DNA from: an uncultured Clostridia bacterium
Lineage (GTDB): Bacteria; Bacillota; Clostridia; Oscillospirales; Acutalibacteraceae
Assembly (NCBI GenBank): GCA_947630835.1
Contig: CANRIZ010000005.1
Span: 14,349 to 78,348 of the forward strand
Reading direction: 5' to 3'
Length of the DNA: 64,000 bases
Under the pieces are notes generated by a model that was not told where the DNA came from, did not search any database, and was given only the letters and a program-made list of their open reading frames with translations. The position numbers and the translations under genes are program-made. Below, one piece after another: positions 57,294-64,000 of the stretch. Every line of letters begins with the position of its first letter. Positions within the stretch are counted from its first letter, which is position 1.

Positions 57294-58739
57294 ATGAAAG
57301 CACAAAAACAAACGCAGACGCAGTTAAACGAATTGTTGGAAAACGGCGGCATAGGCAAGCTTATGCTTAAATACTCCGTTCCCTGTATTATTTCGCTTTT
57401 GGTTGGAGCGTTATATAACATTGTGGACCAAATATTTATAGCAAACGCGGACTATCTCGGTTCATACGGCAACGCCGCAAACACGGTGGTATTCCCGCTT
57501 ACCGTTATTGCGCTTGCCGCGGCGGTGATGATAGGCGACGGCTGCTGCGCCTTTGTAAGCCTGAGTCTCGGCAAAAACGAATCGGAAAAAGCAAACAAAA
57601 GCGTGGGCAATTCATTGGTGTTGACCGTAATAAGCGGTATTATCCTCTGTTTTATTTATCTTACCCTTGCAAGCCCTATAATTACGTTGTTTGGCGGCAC
57701 TGTAAATGCCGAAACCTTTACACTTTCAAAAGAGTATTTTTTATGGATTTCCATAGGTATTCCGTTTTATATGTTCGGTCAGGCGGTAAACCCGATAATC
57801 AGGGCGGACGGCTCTCCGAAATTTGCCATGGTTTCCACCGTGCTGGGAGCAATTATAAATATAATTCTCGATCCCGTTTTTATTTTTCTGTTTAAATGGG
57901 GAATGACGGGCGCGGCCGTTGCCACCGTTTTGGGGCAAATAGCGACGGCTGTCTCGGCATTGATTTATCTTTTTAATACGAAAACGGTTAAAATCAGAAA
58001 ATCGGATTTTGCATTAAGCAAAAAAATTATTTTAAAAACCCTGTCGCTCGGAATTACAAGCTTCCTTTCGCAAATCTCAATGGTTGCGGCAATGGCGGCT
58101 ATCAACAATATGATACGCAAATACGGCGCCGCCGACGAAATATTCTCTCAAGAGCAATACGCCCAAATACCCATGGCGGTCGTCGGAATAGTTATGAAAT
58201 TCTTTCAGATAGTAATATCGATAGTCGTGGGAATGGCGGCAGGCTGTATTCCCATTGCGGGCTATAATATGGGCGCAGGCTTAAACGAACGTGTAAAGCG
58301 CCTTTTTACAAGGCTTCTGATTTCGGAAGCGGCTGTGGGAGCGGCGGCTCTGTTTACGGCGGAGCTTTTTCCGAAGGCGCTTATCTCGATTTTCGGCGCC
58401 GCAGACGAGAGCGTATATTACACGGACTTTGCAATAAAGTCCTTCCGCATTTATCTGTGTATGATAATTTTTGCCTGCGTAAACAAGGCGTGCTTTATCT
58501 TTTTACAGGCTATGGGCAAAGCGGCGCAGTCGACCGCGCTTTCCATGCTTCGCGAAATAGTTTTCGGGGTTTCGTTTGCGCTTATTCTCCCCGTATTTTG
58601 GGGACTTGACGGCGTGCTGTATTCTATGCCTGCGTCGGATATACTGACCTTTGTAATCGCCGTGTTCCTTATAGTAAAGACCTACGGAGAACTGAACAAA
58701 AATCAACTATATAAACCGTCCCCACATCTCTGTTCTTAA
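57294..58739 (+). CDS. MATE-family efflux transporter
   Basis: 12 TM segments. The N-terminus LLKYSVPCIISLLVGALYNIVDQIFI is typical of MATE. ATG 57294 follows AAAGGAAAA. Confidence 0.88.
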   Translation: MKAQKQTQTQLNELLENGGIGKLMLKYSVPCIISLLVGALYNIVDQIFIANADYLGSYGNAANTVVFPLTVIALAAAVMIGDGCCAFVSLSLGKNESEKANKSVGNSLVLTVISGIILCFIYLTLASPIITLFGGTVNAETFTLSKEYFLWISIGIPFYMFGQAVNPIIRADGSPKFAMVSTVLGAIINIILDPVFIFLFKWGMTGAAVATVLGQIATAVSALIYLFNTKTVKIRKSDFALSKKIILKTLSLGITSFLSQISMVAAMAAINNMIRKYGAADEIFSQEQYAQIPMAVVGIVMKFFQIVISIVVGMAAGCIPIAGYNMGAGLNERVKRLFTRLLISEAAVGAAALFTAELFPKALISIFGAADESVYYTDFAIKSFRIYLCMIIFACVNKACFIFLQAMGKAAQSTALSMLREIVFGVSFALILPVFWGLDGVLYSMPASDILTFVIAVFLIVKTYGELNKNQLYKPSPHLCS

Positions 58740-58805
58740 TCTGTCTGTAAATGTTAGGTGTTTACAGTTTCTCATAAAATCACTCCGTTTTACAGAAAGA
58801 ATAAA

Positions 58806-58849
58806 GCCCGCTTCCCAAATTGTGAGGAGCGGGCAAGAGTTTGTTTTTT
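58806..58849. terminator. Bidirectional terminator shared by the MATE gene and hicB
   Basis: GCCCGCT-15 nt-AGCGGGC, with a T-run on the plus strand (TTTGTTTTTT) and TTTATTCTTT on the minus strand. Confidence 0.5.
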
Positions 58850-59243
58850 ATCGGTCTGTAATATGGAGCTCGCGTTTCAGTGCAGCCTGCAACGCCTGAG
58901 AAAAGTTAATATTTGCTTTTTCCGCCTCATAGCAAAGCCAACTCGGGAGGGTACAATTTTTCTTAACTGCTCTCATTTCGTTTTTGCGGCGATATTCCGC
59001 AAAGTCAACATCTACGATAGAAACAATAGCGCCCTCTGCTGCCGATACACTTTTAAGCGTTCGCGGATTGGGCAATACTTTTCCGTCGTCCTCCATATCA
59101 ATACCCATTAAACCGATTGCGTCACGCGCCATTTCGATAGCCTCCGTAATATCGTCGCCCTCTGTGTTAATATTAAAATCGGGTATATAAACGGTAAAGC
59201 CTTTTTCCTCGGGTGTTAAAACAATAGGATATGAATTTTTCAT
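58848..59243 (-). CDS. hicB: HicB-family antitoxin with a C-terminal ribbon-helix-helix
   Basis: YPIVLTPEEKGFTVYIPDFNINTEGDDITEAIEMARDAIGL (HicB fold) and C-terminal KKNCTLPSWLCYEAEKANINFSQALQAALKREL (RHH). GGAGGT RBS. Confidence 0.85.
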   Translation of the reverse strand: MKNSYPIVLTPEEKGFTVYIPDFNINTEGDDITEAIEMARDAIGLMGIDMEDDGKVLPNPRTLKSVSAAEGAIVSIVDVDFAEYRRKNEMRAVKKNCTLPSWLCYEAEKANINFSQALQAALKRELHITDR

Positions 59244-59291
59244 ACAGTTACCTCCATAAAATTATATGTTAATGCGAGGGAGGAGCGGGTC

Positions 59292-59474
59292 TTATTTTAG
59301 CCCCCTCCTTTTTATTATTGCCCTTGCAAGGTTTTCTTTTACTTCTTTGTGTCGTGGTATAGTTTCTGATTCTGTTCCGTTTGTATATATTATGTTTATT
59401 ATTATACGCCTTTTATGCGTATTGTAAAGCTTGTTTTGTAATTTTTTTTACACTTTCGGGAAATTAAAATCCAT
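59292..59474 (-). pseudogene. hicA: hicA toxin gene interrupted by an in-frame TAA at codon 9
   Basis: Minus-strand translation gives MDFNFPKV*KKLQNKLYNTHKRRIIINIIYTNGTESETIPRHKEVKENLARAIIKRRGLK*. The C-terminal half parallels E. coli HicA (..SVMPRHPCDEIKEPLRKAILKQLGL). The premature stop is at 59448-59450, and the gene ends 48 nt upstream of hicB. Confidence 0.6.
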
Positions 59475-59503
59475 TGTGTCTGCGCTTTTGTAAAACAATA
59501 AAC

Positions 59504-59532
59504 TTGCAATATTTTTTTCACTATCGTATAAT
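59504..59532 (+). promoter_or_regulatory. Promoter of the LytTR two-component operon (TTGCAA-17-TATAAT)
   Basis: TTGCAA at 59504-59509, a 17-nt spacer, and TATAAT at 59527-59532, 33 nt upstream of ATG 59565. Confidence 0.55.
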
Positions 59533-59564
59533 CAATATTAGATTTTGCTTAAAGAAGGGCTTTT

Positions 59565-60281
59565 ATGAGAATAGCTGTTTGCGATGATTTTGAGGATTGC
59601 AGATTGTCCGTGAAATGTTACGCCGAGGAATATTTCAAATTGCGTCATATGGAATGTACCGTAGATGAATTTATATCGGGTACCGATTTATTAAATTCCG
59701 ACGCGGTTTACGATATATTGTTTCTCGATATAGAGCTTGGCGACTCTAACGGTATTTCCGTTGCAAAGGAAATACAGAAAAGGAACAAAAACACCGTTAT
59801 TCTTGTTGTTACCGCATATAATCAATACCTTGACGACGCTATGGATATTCAGGTTGCAAGGTACATCGACAAGCCCGTAAAGCAAAGCCGTATTTTCTCT
59901 GCGCTCGACAAGGCTCTGCGCCTTATAAACGAAAGCGTTATAACCCTGCACGCAAAGGACGGTCAGGTTATAAGGCTAAAGACCTCCGATATTATTTATG
60001 CGGAAGCCAAGCTTAAAAGTGTTTTTGTCTACACAAAAGATACGGAATATCGCATAAAGGAACCGATAAAACAACTTCGTACACTGCTTACGGCTTCTTG
60101 TTTTGCTGTTCCGCACAGCAGTTATATGGTCAATATGAATTTCATAAGGGATTTTCAGAGAAACGGAATTACTTTGGCGCATCCATATGAAGATACGAAA
60201 ATTTCCGTTGCAACGAGAAAACAAGCTGAATTTAAAAGGCGATTTTTCGATTTTATTGGCGAGGATATAGACAATGACTAA
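59565..60281 (+). CDS. LytTR-family (AgrA/ComE-like) response regulator
   Basis: Receiver domain (IAVCDD...FLDIELGDSNG) and a C-terminal LytTR DNA-binding domain (IRLKTSDIIYAEAKLKSVFVYTKDTEYRIKEPIKQL...PHSSYMVNMNFI). Confidence 0.9.
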   Translation: MRIAVCDDFEDCRLSVKCYAEEYFKLRHMECTVDEFISGTDLLNSDAVYDILFLDIELGDSNGISVAKEIQKRNKNTVILVVTAYNQYLDDAMDIQVARYIDKPVKQSRIFSALDKALRLINESVITLHAKDGQVIRLKTSDIIYAEAKLKSVFVYTKDTEYRIKEPIKQLRTLLTASCFAVPHSSYMVNMNFIRDFQRNGITLAHPYEDTKISVATRKQAEFKRRFFDFIGEDIDND

Positions 60282-61569
60282 AATCATAATCGACATATTT
60301 ATGTATCTTTTTCAGTTTTTTTTGATTTGGTATTATTCGGATTCTTTGTTTGACGCCAAAAGAAGCACTTTTAAAAGAGCTTTGGTAATATTCTTAAATA
60401 CCGCATTTTTAGGCGTGGTATATCAGTTTAATATTACATATCTTAACGGCGCTTTAATTATTGTCACATACGCTTTGATACTCCCGTATCTCTACAATAT
60501 TTCGTTTAAAACTGCTATATTTCATTCGGTGATTTTTTTGGCTGTGATGTTAGCTTCCGAAATATTGGTAATGACAATCAGTTCCGTATTGTATAAGGAT
60601 TTTAACGCCTTGGAAAACAGTACGTCCGCTTATCTTTTTGTGGTAATTACAAGCAAATTGATTTACTATGTTATTATGATAGCAATTCTTAAGCTATTTG
60701 CTAAAAAAGAGGGAAAAGAACAGCATAACAAATACTACTGGTTACTGTTCGTTATGCCCCTGACAAGCATAATGGTATTAATTTGCTTCAGGTATATTGC
60801 CTACCAAATTAAATTGACGCAAACTATAACATATTTTTGGATAGTATCCAGCATAGGTCTGCTTTTTGCCAATATATTGGTATTTGCAATATATGAGCTG
60901 TCATTAAAAAACACAAGAGAGCTGTACGAGCTTAAAACAATTCAGCGTCAGCAGGAACAGGATAAGAGATATTTTGAAATTATTGACCGTTCAAATAACG
61001 ATATGCGCATTTTTTCGCACGATATTAAAAATCATTTGATGCAGATTAGAAACCTTGAAAATATGGATGAGGTCAGGAGCTATATTGACGGCATATACCC
61101 GACCGTTGAAAGGTTTAACAGAACGGGCATAAGCAAAAACAAGATTTTGGACTTGATAATCAGCAAATACGCCATACTTTGCGAAAAGAAAAACATTAAG
61201 TTTTCCGTTGACGTCAAAACCGCAAATTTATCTTACATAGACGATACCGATTTGTCTTCGCTTATGAACAATTTGCTTGACAATGCGATTGAAGCGGCGG
61301 AAAAAGCCGACGGCGGCTTCGTCCGAGTAAATATTTTTTCAAAAAACGATACGTGCGACGGTCTGATAATCAAAAACACCTGTTCCGCACTTCCCATTAC
61401 CGAGGGCGGCAGACTTAAAACGACCAAGCCCGATAAAAGCCTTCACGGCATAGGTATGGACAGCATTAATAAAATTTTGAAAAAATACAACGCCGTTTAT
61501 GACCGAAAGTATGACGAAAAGCTGAAAGTTTTTGAAACGGATATTGCGTTTACAAGGAAAATTCAATAA
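60274..61569 (+). CDS. AgrC/HPK10-like membrane histidine kinase (GHKL)
   Basis: Six or seven N-terminal TM segments, H-box IFSHDIKNHL, N-box LLDNAIEAAE, and G-box HGIGMDSI. Overlaps the regulator gene by 8 nt. Confidence 0.85.
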   Translation: MTKIIIDIFMYLFQFFLIWYYSDSLFDAKRSTFKRALVIFLNTAFLGVVYQFNITYLNGALIIVTYALILPYLYNISFKTAIFHSVIFLAVMLASEILVMTISSVLYKDFNALENSTSAYLFVVITSKLIYYVIMIAILKLFAKKEGKEQHNKYYWLLFVMPLTSIMVLICFRYIAYQIKLTQTITYFWIVSSIGLLFANILVFAIYELSLKNTRELYELKTIQRQQEQDKRYFEIIDRSNNDMRIFSHDIKNHLMQIRNLENMDEVRSYIDGIYPTVERFNRTGISKNKILDLIISKYAILCEKKNIKFSVDVKTANLSYIDDTDLSSLMNNLLDNAIEAAEKADGGFVRVNIFSKNDTCDGLIIKNTCSALPITEGGRLKTTKPDKSLHGIGMDSINKILKKYNAVYDRKYDEKLKVFETDIAFTRKIQ

Positions 61570-61590
61570 AAAAGAAAATTCAATAAAAAA
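61557..61590 (+). repeat. Perfect 17-bp tandem duplication spanning the kinase stop codon
   Basis: GAAAATTCAATAAAAAA occurs twice (61557-61573 and 61574-61590). Confidence 0.9.
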
Positions 61591-61594
61591 GATA

Positions 61595-61636
61595 AAATCG
61601 GAGTCGGCAATTTCAACTGCCTGCTCCGATTTTTTT
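61595..61636 (+). terminator. Rho-independent terminator of the LytTR/kinase operon
   Basis: AAATCGGAG...GGCA-atttcaac-TGCC...CTCCGATTT followed by TTTT. Confidence 0.75.
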
Positions 61637-61665
61637 CTGCGTTTATCCCCCGAGCTTCTGCGTTT
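61635..61665 (+). promoter_or_regulatory. Two perfect 10-bp direct repeats with 21-bp phasing, a candidate LytTR box for the S8 protease gene
   Basis: TTCTGCGTTT (61635-61644), an 11-nt spacer, and TTCTGCGTTT (61656-61665). They sit 11 nt upstream of a TTGAAA-18-GATAAT promoter-like pair and about 80 nt upstream of ATG 61743. Confidence 0.5.
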
Positions 61666-61742
61666 GTCGCAAATTATTGAAAATTTACGGCATTTGAGCC
61701 GATAATATAAGTGTTAAATTTAATATTAAAGGGGCGGTTTTT

Positions 61743-64000
61743 ATGAAAAAAATAATATCGGTGGTTTTGGCGCTGTGTTTAACGGCGACGATATTTCCGT
61801 TTACTGTATTTTCTCAAAACATCACTCCCGAAATATCGCTTGAGGAGTTTACAAAACGACTAAATCGACTTCAGGAGGAATATGACGGAAATTTTGCTTC
61901 GGAAATCATTATTGAAGACGATAAGGAGTTTTGCCATATTGACGGTGAGGAATATCCCGTTGCCGATGATTTGGAAACAACAGCCGAAGTTACCGAAAAC
62001 GATATTGAAATTCCGTATTCCTTAATAGAACAGTATGTTGAAATTCCCGAAATTTCAACATATTCAGAAGCGCAAAACGACAACGGCGCAACCGTTGACA
62101 AAGAAGCTGCCGAAGCTCTCGGTTTTGAGGTAGATATTGACGAGAATAAAGCTGTGCTTACACAGCCTTATCAGACCAAAAGGCTGATAGTAAAATCCAA
62201 GTATAATATAGACCGTCTTGACAGCGTAGCCGTAGTTGAGGGTTACGATGATTTACATATAGTTCAGTTTGACAGCCGTGAAAGCGCAAAGCAGGCGGAA
62301 GAATACTACAACAGTCAAATGCTTGTTGAATTTGCCGAGCCTGATTTGGTTATGTCAACAATGGAATATGAGGACAGCGAAACGGAAAGCGCACCTACAT
62401 ACGGCATAAACGACTATGGTTATCATCTGTCTTGGGGCAGTGAATTTATCGGCGTTGACGACTATGTAGATTATATCGGCGACAGGAATAACCTGCCTGA
62501 AATAGTAGTTGGCATAATAGACTCGGGAATTGACTACAATCACGATTTTCTTAAAGACAGAGTTATTCGCACCGACTATAATGTAAGCTCATCGGGAGCG
62601 GAAAATGATGAAAATGACGATAATGGGCACGGAACTCATGTTGCGGGTATTGTTGCGGACAACACCTTGGGAAATGTTAAAATAAAAGCCTTTAAAGCTA
62701 TGAATGATGAGGGAATCGGCGATCTTTCAAGCATTATTACCACATTTGAATATGCTGTAGCTGACGGTGTGCAGATAATCAATATGAGCCTTGGCGCTAA
62801 GGGCGAAAGCAAAGCGTTTGAAAAATCAATTAACGAAGCTACAAAAGCAGGCGTAATAGTGTGTGTTTCGGCAGGAAATAACGGCCGCGACGCTTCCCAA
62901 AACTGTCCGGCAAACATTGAAAGCTGTATAACGGTAGGTGCTTATGATAAAGGTCCTGTTTCAAATTCAGTTGCAGTACCGTATTGGACCAGCTATGGAC
63001 CGTTAGTCGATATTTTTGCGCCCGGAGTTTCAATTTACAGTACATATCTTGATAACGGATATGAAACCCTAAGCGGAACATCAATGGCATGTCCTTTTGC
63101 AGTTGCGGCTTCAGCGCTTCTTTTGTCAAAAGACATTAGCTTAAATACTGATGGGATATGCGATTTACTGCAAGAAAACGGAAAAAAATTTTATTGGCTT
63201 TCCATCACAAATTACTCATTATACATCGCTACAATAACAGAATACAATCAATTCAGGACAGAGAAGCCCGTGTTCAGTATGGAAAGCGGCAGGTATTCCG
63301 ACAGCGTAACGGTGGAACTCTCCTGCCCCGAGGAAAATGCCGAGATATATTATACCCTCGACGGCTCAAGAGCCTCAAGGGCGAACGGAATTCTTTACAC
63401 AGAGCCTATTGTAATTGACAAGGTAACAAGGGTTCACGCCGCCGCCTATGTCGGAGATAAGCTGAAAAGTCTTCAGGCAATAGCCGATTATTATATAACC
63501 ATGACTGACTCGGATGGGAATTTTGAAATAGATACAGACGGGTTGATTACTAAATATAACGGGACAAATCAGTATTTGACAATTCCCGATACAATCAACG
63601 GCATTACGGTAACGGGTATAGGCAGGCAAGCTTTTAAAGACCAAGATATGATTATGATGAAGTTCCCCGACACTCTGACATATGTAGCAGATTGGGGACT
63701 TTATGGGCAGAACACCTTAAAATCGGTATATTGCAATAATCTTAAAAGAGCCGGAGAAAGGGCGTTTTACGGTTGCCGTGCTCTTGAAGAAATAGATTTA
63801 ACTCAACTTGAAGAAGTAGGCGTATACAGCTTTGGAAACTGTACTTCAATTAGGGAGCTTCGCAACGAAAAATTAACAAAGCTTGAAAAGGGCTCATTCA
63901 GTAATTTAAGAAATGCCGTAAGCATTGATTTACCTAATGTAACAGCTATTGGTAATGCGGGTTTAGGGAACTTAAATGCTGTGGAATATGTTAATTTGCC
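61743..64000 (+). CDS. Secreted subtilisin-like S8 serine protease fused to a chitobiase/hexosaminidase-C-like domain and BspA-type LRR_5 repeats (3' end off window)
   Basis: Absent from the ORF track because there is no in-window stop; manual translation is open from ATG 61743 to 64000. Signal peptide MKKIISVVLALCLTATIFPFTVFS. I9-like propeptide (KRLIVKSKYNIDRLDSVAVVEGYDDLHIVQFDSRESAKQAEEYY). Triad motifs GIIDSGID, HGTHVAGIV and GTSMACPF. Then FSMESGRYSDSVTVELSCPEENAEIYYTLDGS, followed by LRR_5 units. Confidence 0.85.
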   Translation, partial: MKKIISVVLALCLTATIFPFTVFSQNITPEISLEEFTKRLNRLQEEYDGNFASEIIIEDDKEFCHIDGEEYPVADDLETTAEVTENDIEIPYSLIEQYVEIPEISTYSEAQNDNGATVDKEAAEALGFEVDIDENKAVLTQPYQTKRLIVKSKYNIDRLDSVAVVEGYDDLHIVQFDSRESAKQAEEYYNSQMLVEFAEPDLVMSTMEYEDSETESAPTYGINDYGYHLSWGSEFIGVDDYVDYIGDRNNLPEIVVGIIDSGIDYNHDFLKDRVIRTDYNVSSSGAENDENDDNGHGTHVAGIVADNTLGNVKIKAFKAMNDEGIGDLSSIITTFEYAVADGVQIINMSLGAKGESKAFEKSINEATKAGVIVCVSAGNNGRDASQNCPANIESCITVGAYDKGPVSNSVAVPYWTSYGPLVDIFAPGVSIYSTYLDNGYETLSGTSMACPFAVAASALLLSKDISLNTDGICDLLQENGKKFYWLSITNYSLYIATITEYNQFRTEKPVFSMESGRYSDSVTVELSCPEENAEIYYTLDGSRASRANGILYTEPIVIDKVTRVHAAAYVGDKLKSLQAIADYYITMTDSDGNFEIDTDGLITKYNGTNQYLTIPDTINGITVTGIGRQAFKDQDMIMMKFPDTLTYVADWGLYGQNTLKSVYCNNLKRAGERAFYGCRALEEIDLTQLEEVGVYSFGNCTSIRELRNEKLTKLEKGSFSNLRNAVSIDLPNVTAIGNAGLGNLNAVEYVNL

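Noticed and set aside
59244-59564. Search for an AgrD/ComC-like pre-peptide ORF upstream of the LytTR operon.
   Set aside because: The only coding-like frame is the HicA-like pseudogene on the opposite strand. No small plus-strand ORF with an RBS was found.

Overview
This is a 64-kb chromosomal segment from a mid-GC Clostridia genome. It is probably a Ruminococcus-like (Oscillospiraceae) fibre degrader, judged from a type-I dockerin, BspA-type LRR_5 surface proteins, a GH51 arabinofuranosidase and B. subtilis-like yabM-yabN-yabO/hup synteny.

Layout:
- 1-3.3 kb: tail of a polysaccharide locus (two GT2 genes and glf).
- 3.4-6.2 kb: an XRE regulator divergent from an LRR-dockerin surface protein.
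- 6.4-10.4 kb: rubrerythrin, LMW-PTP, an FGGY kinase and an orphan E2 acyltransferase domain.
- 10.4-38.6 kb: almost entirely minus-strand housekeeping genes (rqcP, hup, mazG, MOP flippase, hemZ-like, dtd, relA, recJ, secA, ftsH, hpt, tilS, dnaB, rplI, gdpP, rnj). It is interrupted by a plus-strand capD-like gene plus hydrolase, and by an intact IS30-family element with a 16-bp direct duplication.
- 38.8-64 kb: accessory-looking content. This includes a catalytic-motif-less phosphohexomutase-like protein, rnhA, a canonical GPH symporter, and a degenerate GPH paralogue co-transcribed with a membrane-anchored LRR protein. It continues with a Bce-like RR/HK/ABC peptide-resistance module, a cutinase-like lipoprotein next to GH51 with two small unknown genes, an HxlR / macrodomain / class-M-like sirtuin cassette, a CarD-like gene, a MATE gene behind a leader terminator, and hicB with a nonsense-inactivated hicA. 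It ends with a LytTR/AgrC-like two-component system followed by phased direct repeats and an S8 protease-LRR fusion that runs off the window.

No rRNA, tRNA or CRISPR array was seen. I did not recognise a clear-cut new multi-gene defence system. The best candidates for undescribed biology are the orphan LytTR module wired to the S8-LRR protease, the macro/SirTM pair without its known substrate genes, and the degenerate-GPH + LRR operon.

All calls come from reading the sequence and ORF translations. No database searches were run.
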